Source of the DNA: Candidatus Baldrarchaeota archaeon
GTDB taxonomy: Archaea > Asgardarchaeota > Baldrarchaeia > Baldrarchaeales > DXJG01
Reading direction: 5' to 3'
Length of the DNA: 32,000 nt
Assembly: GCA_019056805.1 (NCBI GenBank)
Contig: DXJG01000002.1
Span: forward strand, 313,103-345,102
Of the stretch, positions 16,281 through 25,536 are shown piece by piece. Below the pieces are notes generated by a model. That model ran no database searches. It had not been told where the DNA came from and saw only the letters and a program-made list of their open reading frames with translations. The translations under genes and the position numbers were made by a program. How positions within the stretch are numbered: position 1 is the first letter of the stretch; each line of letters opens with the position of its first letter.

Positions 16281-16955
16281 ATGATGCAAGCAACAAGAGT
16301 TGTTGAAAATCTTTACTACATCGAGGGAATCGGCTTTGATTCCAATATTTACGTGATAATTAACGATGAAGGAGAAGCTATGCTTATTGATTCTGGAACT
16401 GGCTCCTACTTTAATAGGCTTTTAGACGAGCTTGATAATTTGAATGTTGGTCTTGAAAATATTCAAAGCATTGTTTTAACTCATATGCACTTTGACCATT
16501 CTGGTGGCGTTATTAAATTTTTAGAAAAAAGGTCTATTGATGTTTTAGCTCATAAACTTGATGCTAAATACTTGGAGGAAGGTAATGATGAGTACGTTTT
16601 TGCATGGGGATTTGGTGCAAAGTTAAAGCCCATTAAGATTGCTAAATATTTGAAAGAAGATGACAATATTAGTTTTGGAGATTTTAATTTTAGAATTCTT
16701 CATACACCTGGCCATACTATTGGAAGTATATGTCTATATGACGAAGAAAAGAAAATTCTTCTTTCTGGAGATACCGTTTTCACTGGGGGTGGGGTTGGCA
16801 GATTCGATTTGCCAACTGGTAGTTTAAGGGATTTGATAAATAGCTTAGAAAGATTATCGAAATTAAAAGTAGAAAAACTTTTGCCAGGACATGGAGAAAT
16901 CGCTACCGAAAACGGGAATGTACATATCGAATTAGCATTAAAATGGATAAAATAA
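16281..16955 (+). CDS. MBL-fold metallo-hydrolase (glyoxalase II-like)
   Basis: LIDSG, THMHFDHSGG, HTPGHT, SGDTVF, GRFDLP and PGHG motifs; SD GAGGTGA. Confidence 0.92.
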   Translation: MMQATRVVENLYYIEGIGFDSNIYVIINDEGEAMLIDSGTGSYFNRLLDELDNLNVGLENIQSIVLTHMHFDHSGGVIKFLEKRSIDVLAHKLDAKYLEEGNDEYVFAWGFGAKLKPIKIAKYLKEDDNISFGDFNFRILHTPGHTIGSICLYDEEKKILLSGDTVFTGGGVGRFDLPTGSLRDLINSLERLSKLKVEKLLPGHGEIATENGNVHIELALKWIK

Positions 16956-16984
16956 CACATGAGGAATCCATAACGTGATTTGAT

Positions 16985-17605
16985 CTATTTTTCCAATTCT
17001 TTTATTTTTCTATTTATTTCTTTCAATTTTTTCCCGTATTTTTGCTTCATTTGTTTATAAGTTGACTCCGTTATTCTTCTTGCCTTATATTGTTCTTCTA
17101 ATCTGGTTAGTAATTCTTTTATCGCCAATTGTTCACTCTTCAAGTCTATAAGAACTGCTTCTCTACCTCTTTCCTCAATTGTGGGTGTTACGATGTACGA
17201 TGTTTTTATGCTTGTTGTTTGAGGCACAGGTACACCTGTTTCTTGTTTTTCATAATACCTCAATTTTTCTTCAAGTTCTTGTACTCTTCTTTGAAGCTGC
17301 AATATTTTCTGCTCATATTCTCTACGTAAAGTGTCAATGTCTTCGATATTTTCTCTCGAAAAACTAAGTTCAGGAGTTACTAATTCGAGAGGTCTTTCAG
17401 TAACCGTTATAGCTTCTTTTTCTTCTTCTTTCTCAAGAAGTTTTATTACCGAGACTGCAAAAATCGGGAAGGATAAAATAGCTGTAATCCATATAATTTT
17501 CTCCATCCTTGGCGTTATGAATGGTAAGAGTCCTATATAGTGATTTGTTAAAGCAAATAAAAAGTATAGTAGCCATAGGATCGAAATATCTTTTTTCAAA
17601 CTCAT
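16985..17605 (-). CDS. Hypothetical membrane protein: 2 N-terminal TM helices, coiled coil, C-terminal helical domain
   Basis: Two hydrophobic segments, a heptad-rich LRREYEQKILQLQRRVQELEEKL stretch and C-terminal LEEQYKARRITESTYKQMKQKY; starts 41 nt downstream of the giant surface-protein gene on the same strand. Confidence 0.75.
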   Translation of the reverse strand: MSLKKDISILWLLYFLFALTNHYIGLLPFITPRMEKIIWITAILSFPIFAVSVIKLLEKEEEKEAITVTERPLELVTPELSFSRENIEDIDTLRREYEQKILQLQRRVQELEEKLRYYEKQETGVPVPQTTSIKTSYIVTPTIEERGREAVLIDLKSEQLAIKELLTRLEEQYKARRITESTYKQMKQKYGKKLKEINRKIKELEK

Positions 17606-17645
17606 GTTTATCCCTTACATAATATTTTGTTAGAGCATGTTAAAA

Positions 17646-20600
17646 TTATTGTTCTCTTTCCTTTAAACCTGTATAAGACCCACAGTAAGGACAATACATA
17701 TAAGGTCCACTAAGATAACTTTTACAAAATGGACAGATATAACCAGTTTCTTCATACCTTGGCTTTATTTCAACCGGCTTAAACTCTGTAACTATCCTGG
17801 TTTCCTTTTTACGCTTCCTAAGAATTAAGGCTATAACAATAACTAATAAAATTACAACAAATAGTACTAGAAAGATTTGAGAGTACGTGTTAACTCTTAA
17901 TATTATAATGGATGATGTAGGATCATATCCTTCTTTAAAAGCTTTAACAATTATTTGTACAGTTCCTTCAAGTTCACTGGTATCTATAGTTGCAGTATAA
18001 GAACCATTGCCCAGAGAAACAGCTTCTATGATCATGGAACCTACATAAACTTCTACTTTTGCATCTGAAATACTCTGCAAATACTGGTTAGTTAATTTTA
18101 AAGTTAATTTTACTTTTTCACCTTTCAGGACAGAAGTTTTAGAAATATTTAAACTTTCAATAAAAAGCGCAGGAACATTTTTCCAGGCAAATAGGTTTTG
18201 AAGCAAAGCCGTATCATTGTTAATGTCTGGTTTCAATGTTAAAACAGTTATTTTTCCGAAATGATAGCTCGAAGCTAACCAAACCGGGTACCCTTCTTCA
18301 TTGGTTGCAAGCACAAAATACCTAGGATCAAAATCCATGAAAACTCCATAATATTCCATATTTTCCCCCAAAGTATTTGGGGTATTTACTAATGGATGAG
18401 ATGTAAATGAAATTCTTATACCTGAACCATACTTAGACGTACTTGACTCAATTTTTAGAGGGAGCCATTCAATCGACTCTTCTTCAACCCCCAGAACTAT
18501 AATTGTACCACCATTTTCAATAAAACTCTCTATAGCCGATTTGTAACTCTCTAAATTATCATTGAGAAGTTTTAAGGTTTCACTTTCAAAAATTACTACC
18601 TTAAACAAATAAATTTGTTCAAACAAACTTTCAATATCAATATCAGATACATTAAATACTTTAAGTGAATCACTAGGATAAACTTCGTTTAAATCATCTA
18701 GAAGATAACCATTAATTGAAACAATACCAATTTCATATAGACCGTAATTCGGTATATGTCCTCCAGCTATAACACTTTGAGGTTCCACAGCCAAGGGCTC
18801 CTTCCAGCTACTTGTATACAATTTTAACAATGGATCACCGAACAAAACATATGTGAGAGACCAGTCTGATTCGCTTAAAAATCCTTCAGAATAGATGTCA
18901 CTACTATCTATAATGCTTTTTCTCCAAGCTTCCCCAAGGGTAGCATTATTTGCTATTTCTTCGAAAAATCTAGTTGTAAACCACCCTCCCGCCTCAAAAT
19001 ATATAGTACGAACAGGAGCTAAAACAAAAGCAGCTCCATGTCTCAATAAAATGTTAGGAACTCGTGTTGCGCCAAGCAAACATCCAGAAATAACAACTAA
19101 AGTAGAACCTACTCTATTAAGCCTATAATCCAAGGTATTGTCATAAATAGACTGATAATATATTTGTGGGGGATTAACTATACCATCACCATTCCCATCA
19201 GGGTTACTTTCATCGCCATTCGAATCAATACCCCATTTGCCAGACTTGCTACTCAACGTGATAATTCCAATGCCATGGAGCCGCCCCTCATCTCCATATA
19301 TTACGTTTCCGTGAGTTGATAGCATCCAAACACCAACACTACTATTCAGAATATTAAGGATGTTATCCATACCAACTTGGTAAATTGTAGTGTAATTATA
19401 TGATGTAAGGGACATGTTTATGGATAATCTTTCATAGACATCGTGAATGTTTCCATAGTTGTCGAGAAAGGCGGCTCCCTCAGTGTAAGCGAAGAAGGTT
19501 AGAAGAGCAGTGTTTCTATTAGGATTACTATAAATTAAAGCGGGGTAGAGAATATTTCTTAGTGCAAAGGCAACAGCTTCATCCTTAGTATTACCAATAA
19601 TTCTTCCTACGACAGCTTTACCAACGATAGCTCTATCAAACGTTGGTTTCAACAATGTTAAGGGAGAAACAACGATAACATCGCTACCATTGATGCCATA
19701 GCTTTCCAAAAATTCGAAAAAGGTATCTGAAGTCTTTTTCATCACATAGAAATGAGGAACCATGTCATCAAAAACGGTTCCTTCATACTGTTCATACTCT
19801 GGGATAAATGGAATCCAAGACGCCTCCACCATAGTTATTAAACTTCGAGGAAGAACTACAACTGGCATTTTATGATAAGCAGCGATTAAAGCAGAAGCTG
19901 GAAAGTATTTTGCATCTGGAACGGTTACAACCACACCACTACTAACGTTTTCAAGAATTTTCGAATATAAAAGCTCTTTAGAATTGAGAACTTCAAGAAC
20001 AACACCGGTCGCAGTTAACTCCTGGATAACACTACTGTCAACCACTCTGTAAGGATCAGCGAGAATGACTTTTGAAACAGATAGTTTCAATAAAACATCT
20101 AGAACATCTGATGAAAGACTATTTGTTGACGTGTAAAGGAGAGGAGCGTTTAATTTAGATGATAAAACAGCTGCGTTTAAAGCGACTTCAAGATATTTTT
20201 CTACATCATTAGACTTAGTAACCAGCTTATAAGATAAGGTAGCGTTTAAATCACCTACACCATCCCACCAACTAGTAAGAATAGTCCATTCACCTGGCAT
20301 AGGACAATAAATACGAAGTTCCTCTTCAGCTGATCCCAAATCTTTGTTATTAGAGATGGACCAACTGGCAATCATACCATCAGGCGAAATAGCAATAAGA
20401 TCAAGGTCATTGTTATAATCATCCCAGCTAAGAGTTAAATTAAGCCAAACCGAGTTCTCAGGAACAGTTAATATTTGTTTCAAACCAGCGTGAAAACTAA
20501 GAGAGACATTAAGAGCCTGAGTACCAACTACCTCATTTCCAAAAATATTAAGCACATAAGGACCTGGATTAGCATTAGGAACTATAAAAAAGTCAGTATT

Positions 20601-21407
20601 CTCTCCTTCTTGTTTAACAAGATACTCCATCCACGAATATCTACTATAGCTTACATTGAATCCAGAAGGATCTAAAAGGAAATGAGTAGTAACTGCTGAA
20701 GCAGATAACCCTTCGATACTACCTTCAATCCATCCTTCGCCCTCAAATGCTTCAAAATTGATTTTCTGAATGGCTCCTTCATTAATATTAATAGATTCAG
20801 TTACATTGCGTATGGACGCATTTACAAATCGCAATTCCCATTCATCTTCGATGATGTATATCTCAGGGGTTGAGAAATCGCTGGGAATAGGAGTTAAAAT
20901 GACATAGTTGCTATTTGTCCAGTCAAGAAGTGCAAGTTTCGCAGACAATGTGTATAGATTATCCGTTGGGAAGGATGGATATATCGGGGTTTCGATGATT
21001 TGATGTACTTTTTTCTCGTCATCTAAGCTTAAGGATCCGATACCTATGATATGACTTATATTTCCATGTCTCTCTACATAGGAAGTCCAGTCTTTAAGTA
21101 AGTTTTCTTCTGCTGTAGAAAAAGTAGAAAAAAGAATAGGAGATACGTAAACTGAATCTTCATGATGAAAAATTGCTAAGGGCAAAGTAGTTAGAAAAGC
21201 AAATTCATCGACATAGGAACTTTCATTGGTAGAAACGACAAAAATTCTTTGCAGCGGAACAAAAGTTTCATTTATGCCAGATTTCTTCGATAAGGGCAAT
21301 TTGTTGTAAACATTTGTTGGAGTGGAATATAATTCCCCTATGGGGCTTATAACCGGTAAAGTAAAGGTAATTATAATAATTAAACATAAGATTTGTGAAC
21401 CTCTCAA
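17646..21407 (-). CDS. Large type-I membrane surface protein with CWB2-like repeats, PPC domains, a C25/caspase-fold peptidase domain, GATase-like and Ig-like domains, a TM anchor and a cytoplasmic Zn ribbon
   Basis: 1253 aa. Signal peptide; NAAVLSSKLNAPLLYT...VILAD (CWB2-like); LSWDDYNNDLDL..ISPDG...PMPGEW (PPC); VVGRI, STHG, ISGC and YVLFGDP (gingipain/C25-like); FIENGGTIIV (GATase-like); TM helix followed by RKRKK; CPFC-x10-CPYC. TTG start with SD AGGTGA. Confidence 0.8.
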   Translation of the reverse strand: MRGSQILCLIIIITFTLPVISPIGELYSTPTNVYNKLPLSKKSGINETFVPLQRIFVVSTNESSYVDEFAFLTTLPLAIFHHEDSVYVSPILFSTFSTAEENLLKDWTSYVERHGNISHIIGIGSLSLDDEKKVHQIIETPIYPSFPTDNLYTLSAKLALLDWTNSNYVILTPIPSDFSTPEIYIIEDEWELRFVNASIRNVTESININEGAIQKINFEAFEGEGWIEGSIEGLSASAVTTHFLLDPSGFNVSYSRYSWMEYLVKQEGENTDFFIVPNANPGPYVLNIFGNEVVGTQALNVSLSFHAGLKQILTVPENSVWLNLTLSWDDYNNDLDLIAISPDGMIASWSISNNKDLGSAEEELRIYCPMPGEWTILTSWWDGVGDLNATLSYKLVTKSNDVEKYLEVALNAAVLSSKLNAPLLYTSTNSLSSDVLDVLLKLSVSKVILADPYRVVDSSVIQELTATGVVLEVLNSKELLYSKILENVSSGVVVTVPDAKYFPASALIAAYHKMPVVVLPRSLITMVEASWIPFIPEYEQYEGTVFDDMVPHFYVMKKTSDTFFEFLESYGINGSDVIVVSPLTLLKPTFDRAIVGKAVVGRIIGNTKDEAVAFALRNILYPALIYSNPNRNTALLTFFAYTEGAAFLDNYGNIHDVYERLSINMSLTSYNYTTIYQVGMDNILNILNSSVGVWMLSTHGNVIYGDEGRLHGIGIITLSSKSGKWGIDSNGDESNPDGNGDGIVNPPQIYYQSIYDNTLDYRLNRVGSTLVVISGCLLGATRVPNILLRHGAAFVLAPVRTIYFEAGGWFTTRFFEEIANNATLGEAWRKSIIDSSDIYSEGFLSESDWSLTYVLFGDPLLKLYTSSWKEPLAVEPQSVIAGGHIPNYGLYEIGIVSINGYLLDDLNEVYPSDSLKVFNVSDIDIESLFEQIYLFKVVIFESETLKLLNDNLESYKSAIESFIENGGTIIVLGVEEESIEWLPLKIESSTSKYGSGIRISFTSHPLVNTPNTLGENMEYYGVFMDFDPRYFVLATNEEGYPVWLASSYHFGKITVLTLKPDINNDTALLQNLFAWKNVPALFIESLNISKTSVLKGEKVKLTLKLTNQYLQSISDAKVEVYVGSMIIEAVSLGNGSYTATIDTSELEGTVQIIVKAFKEGYDPTSSIIILRVNTYSQIFLVLFVVILLVIVIALILRKRKKETRIVTEFKPVEIKPRYEETGYICPFCKSYLSGPYMYCPYCGSYTGLKEREQ

Positions 21408-21564
21408 TTTCTTTCACCTAGCTGAGTTAGCATAGACATAAAGGGTAAATGGAACATTTAAAATCTTCTAAAATCTCCTATTATACTAAGAAGTACGTGT
21501 ATAAATTCCGTCAAAAAACAAATGAAGTTGAATATTCTCTACTGTTGATTAGGAGTATGTCGAA

Positions 21565-23547
21565 ATGGAAGAACAAAAATTATTGTCGCTCTTTCCGTAT
21601 GAAACACCTTATGAAGCTCAAATAGAATATATGAAGGATGTTAGGAGAATTTTAGAGGGTGGGGGTATTGCTATTCTTGAGGCACCAACCGGATTTGGTA
21701 AAACAGCTGCTTTATTGGCAACAACCCTTCAATATGGGAGACAAATAATATACACAAGTAGAACGCACACACAAATGCGTCAAGTCGCCCTAGAAGTTGA
21801 AAAAATAAATAAAAAAAGAAGCAAAAATTTTTCCCTTGTAGTTAAAGGGGCAAGATCAAGACTTTGCCTGAATCCCATGGTTAGAAAGATACCAGATCCA
21901 GAAGAAGCCCTACATGCATGTCTTGCAAGCATAAAAAACTTAGAGGAAACCCAATTAGGTGGAGGAGACTACATTAAACAAACATTTCAACATACATTCC
22001 AAACAAGTGGGGAATGGATTTGTCAAGCTGGTTTAAAGCAAATAAAGGTTCCAGTCGACGTTCCAACCGACGCCCCAAGACTAGCAACAGTCGAAAAGTT
22101 AAGAGAATACGGGAAGAAAAAGAAGATTTGCCCATATTTTCTCTCAAAAATATTAGCCGCAGAGGTCAATGTAATAGTATGCAACTATCAATACATATTA
22201 AATCCCACCATAAGAAGTCTTCTTTCATGGAGCCTCCAGGATGCCATCCTAATTTTAGATGAAGCTCATAACATAGAAGATATATGTACAGAAGTACTAT
22301 CAAAAACTTTAAGCCAAACAACCCTAGAGAAGGCGCTACAAGAAGTTTTAACTGTAACCGGGACCCATGAACTAGAGAAGATGCTCTACGAAATAAATGA
22401 TGTTTTTGAAATAGTAGATCTTCCCTTAGAAGAACCAGTTAAGGGAACCGAATTTATGGAAAAATTAGCGGAAGTAGGTATGGATAATGATTGGATAAAC
22501 AAGTTCCTGGCTCAAATCCCAATAATGATAAAAGTTCAAAAGGAAATTGTAGAGAAGAGCGGATTTAATAGACTATATTTACCGCGAATCTTTAGCTTCT
22601 ACACAACTTTGTCAAGCTATGATCCTAGAAGTTTTGTTGCAATGTATCATAGCTATGGAACAGGAGAAAAACGGAGATGGACGGTAACGTATAAGTGTTT
22701 GGATCCAAGCTTGGCTTTTAACCAGATAGCAGATCAACCTCATGCATTAATATTAACTAGTGGAACTTTATCGCCTCTACAAGGATTAGAAGAAAGACTT
22801 GGCATAAAAGCTAAAATCAAAAAAACCTATCCACCTACAATAAGCAAAGGAAACATACTAGCCATAATTTTAACACGTGGAATACATGGAAAACCCTTAA
22901 CAACAAAATATGAAGCAAGAGATGAAGAAACAGCTCTAGAATATGGTGAAACTATAGCAAAAATATTACCATACATACCAAACGGAACAATACTCTTTTT
23001 CCCATCTTATGAAGTCCAAAGAAATATGATGACCATATGGCATAGACATGGATTACTAGAAAAGTTCAATGCCCCAATCTTTATAGAGGAGGAGAGAGCA
23101 GACGTAGAGATTTTAGAAGAGTATAAAAAAGCAGCAAAAAAAGGAAAAGCTATATTAGCAGCGGTTTGTAGAGGAAAAATGAGTGAAGGCCAGAATTTCA
23201 AAGATGAAGAAGGAAGAGCAGCAGTAATGATAGGTATACCATTTGCAAACATAAAAGATTCCTACATAAAGGCAAAAATTGAATATTATGAAGAAAAAGA
23301 ACGAGGCAAAGGGAGGAGATGGTATTTAGACGACGCTGTAAGAACGGTAAACCAAGCAATAGGCAGAGTATGGAGACATAAGGACGATTATGCGGTTGCA
23401 ATTTTAATGGATAATAGATATGCTCAACCCTATATCTTAACGAGAGTAACATCGTGGATAAGGTCGAGAATTGTTCGTCCCTACTCAAATATGCCAATAA
23501 CAACTATCAAATGGTATTTACAAAAATTCTACAATGAAATGGAATAA
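21565..23547 (+). CDS. xpd: XPD/Rad3/FANCJ-family 4Fe-4S 5'-3' DNA helicase (SF2)
   Basis: Q-motif PYEAQ, APTGFGKT, SRTHTQ, four candidate Fe-S Cys (LCLNP, HAC, WIC, ICPYF), DEAH, TSGTL, RGKMSEG and NQAIGRVWRH. Confidence 0.92.
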   Translation: MEEQKLLSLFPYETPYEAQIEYMKDVRRILEGGGIAILEAPTGFGKTAALLATTLQYGRQIIYTSRTHTQMRQVALEVEKINKKRSKNFSLVVKGARSRLCLNPMVRKIPDPEEALHACLASIKNLEETQLGGGDYIKQTFQHTFQTSGEWICQAGLKQIKVPVDVPTDAPRLATVEKLREYGKKKKICPYFLSKILAAEVNVIVCNYQYILNPTIRSLLSWSLQDAILILDEAHNIEDICTEVLSKTLSQTTLEKALQEVLTVTGTHELEKMLYEINDVFEIVDLPLEEPVKGTEFMEKLAEVGMDNDWINKFLAQIPIMIKVQKEIVEKSGFNRLYLPRIFSFYTTLSSYDPRSFVAMYHSYGTGEKRRWTVTYKCLDPSLAFNQIADQPHALILTSGTLSPLQGLEERLGIKAKIKKTYPPTISKGNILAIILTRGIHGKPLTTKYEARDEETALEYGETIAKILPYIPNGTILFFPSYEVQRNMMTIWHRHGLLEKFNAPIFIEEERADVEILEEYKKAAKKGKAILAAVCRGKMSEGQNFKDEEGRAAVMIGIPFANIKDSYIKAKIEYYEEKERGKGRRWYLDDAVRTVNQAIGRVWRHKDDYAVAILMDNRYAQPYILTRVTSWIRSRIVRPYSNMPITTIKWYLQKFYNEME

Positions 23548-23996
23548 ACCATAAAAAAGCTTCCACTTAAAACACAAGAAACCTCCAAGGTCCATTATTT
23601 TATAACGAAACTTAGAGTACGTAAATGTTAATAAAAATAGTTGTATCATCAAATTTTTCTAATAAAGGCAAGGGCCGCAATGACTAAACCAATGCTTCTT
23701 AAGGCAACACCGTAAAAACCAAACAAAAGAGCCAGAGACCCGATTAAATCAAAAAATTCTCTTAGTAACAATAAAATAACAAGAAAAAATCAATCAAAAC
23801 CTAATAAAACAAAAACAGTCAGTTAAAATCAAATTAAACCATAAAAAGACAACACCAAACCAGAACAAATAAATACTAAACAAACAGAACCACCGCAAAT
23901 TTTAAATGAAAACTTTAAATTGAAAAACATACATAATAATTCCTATCAAACCTTCCATATCCCAACAAAAAAGATAGAAAATGGAGAGAGACGAAA

Positions 23997-24419
23997 ATGA
24001 TCGAGCTAGGATGGCACATAATAGCTGAACTCAACGGCGTAGACCCTAAACTGCTCGACGACGAAAAATATCTCGTTGAAGCATTGAAAAAGGCCGCAAA
24101 AGATGCCAAATTAACAGTGCTAAGCACAAAAACACATAAATTCAACCCACAAGGAGTAAGCATCGTACTGGTTATCGCAGAGTCGCATATATTCATCCAC
24201 ACATGGCCAGAGCATGAATACGCAGCCCTTGACATATTTACCTGCAAGAATGAAAAGAGCACATGGAAAGCGTACCACACAATATTGGAAAAACTGAAAC
24301 CAAAAGGCGCGCAGGTTATTATGTTGAAAAGGGGAATAGTGACACGAAGAAGAACAATAGAGCTACCAGTTCAAACAGGAGGAACAACGGAGGCAAAGGG
24401 GGAGATAGTAGTTGAGTAG
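23997..24419 (+). CDS. speD: S-adenosylmethionine decarboxylase proenzyme (pyruvoyl-dependent)
   Basis: G.HIIAEL, FNPQGVS, self-cleavage site AE|SHI.IHTWPE and DIFTC; overlaps speE. Confidence 0.92.
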   Translation: MIELGWHIIAELNGVDPKLLDDEKYLVEALKKAAKDAKLTVLSTKTHKFNPQGVSIVLVIAESHIFIHTWPEHEYAALDIFTCKNEKSTWKAYHTILEKLKPKGAQVIMLKRGIVTRRRTIELPVQTGGTTEAKGEIVVE

Positions 24420-25347
24420 TGACGATGACTCCGATCAGGCTATCGATGTTGGAGGAATATTATACCACGAGCGCTTATCCAAAACCCTCTCAAGAATATT
24501 CCAAGTAAACAAAGTGTTCTACGCCGGAAGAACGAAGTACCAACGTATAGAGGTAGTGGATACTCCAGATTTCGGAAAGACTCTTCTCTTAGACGCTAAA
24601 GTACAGTTCTCTTTAAGCGACGAGTTCATATATCATGAAAGTTTAGTTCAACCAGTAATGCTTAGCCACCCTAGCCCAGAAGAGGTGCTAATTGTTGGTG
24701 GAGGAGATGGAGGGGCTCTGAAAGAGGTTCTTAAACATAATGTAGTCAAAGATGTAACCCTTGTAGATTTAGATAGGGAAGTTATGGAAATAGTTAAAAA
24801 ATATGTCCCAGAAATGGTTAATGGAATTTATGAGGATCCTAGGGTAAAAATCGTAAATATGGATGGTAGAAAATTTCTCACAGAAACTAAAAACAAATAT
24901 GATATAATTATTGTGGATGTTACAGATCCGTTTGGTCCTTCAATTTATCTTTACACTAAAGAATTTTATCAAATTGTTAAGAATGCTTTAAAAGATGGAG
25001 GGGCTATGGTCACACATTGCGAGGGTTTGTATTTTAGTAGAAAAACATTTATCGCGATCTATAGAACTATTGAAACTGTATTCAAAAAAGCTAGAACATT
25101 TGGTGCATTTATTCCATCTTTTGGTGACTTTTGGATGTTCACGATAGCATCCGATGATTTAGATCCTTTAAATGTTGATATAGAAACAATAAAGGAGAGA
25201 ATGGAGAAAAGAAATGTGAAAACAAAATTTTACTACCCAGAACTTCATAAAGCGCTTTTTACATTACCAAAAGATGTCTTAAAAGATCTAAAAGAAATGA
25301 AAGTAGAAATATCGACCGATGAATCTCCAGTTCAAATACCCGCATAA
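24412..25347 (+). CDS. speE: Polyamine aminopropyltransferase (spermidine synthase family)
   Basis: TKYQRI, LLLDAKVQ, YHESLV, VLIVGGGDGG, VDLD, DGRKF and YDIIIVDVTDP; TTG start with SD GGGGGAG. Confidence 0.93.
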   Translation: MSSDDDSDQAIDVGGILYHERLSKTLSRIFQVNKVFYAGRTKYQRIEVVDTPDFGKTLLLDAKVQFSLSDEFIYHESLVQPVMLSHPSPEEVLIVGGGDGGALKEVLKHNVVKDVTLVDLDREVMEIVKKYVPEMVNGIYEDPRVKIVNMDGRKFLTETKNKYDIIIVDVTDPFGPSIYLYTKEFYQIVKNALKDGGAMVTHCEGLYFSRKTFIAIYRTIETVFKKARTFGAFIPSFGDFWMFTIASDDLDPLNVDIETIKERMEKRNVKTKFYYPELHKALFTLPKDVLKDLKEMKVEISTDESPVQIPA

Positions 25348-25536
25348 ATTAAACTTCTAACTCAATGTTCAAAAATTACTTTATTTTCTATTCTCATTTT
25401 GTACTAATATCAACTTTTATAATGTAAAAGAATAAATTAAGATTACAATTTTAGAAAGTAAAAGTATGCACATATATCTTCAACTACTTATCACTAAAAA
25501 TATAAAAGAACTTATAGGTGGCAAGGAGGTACAAGC

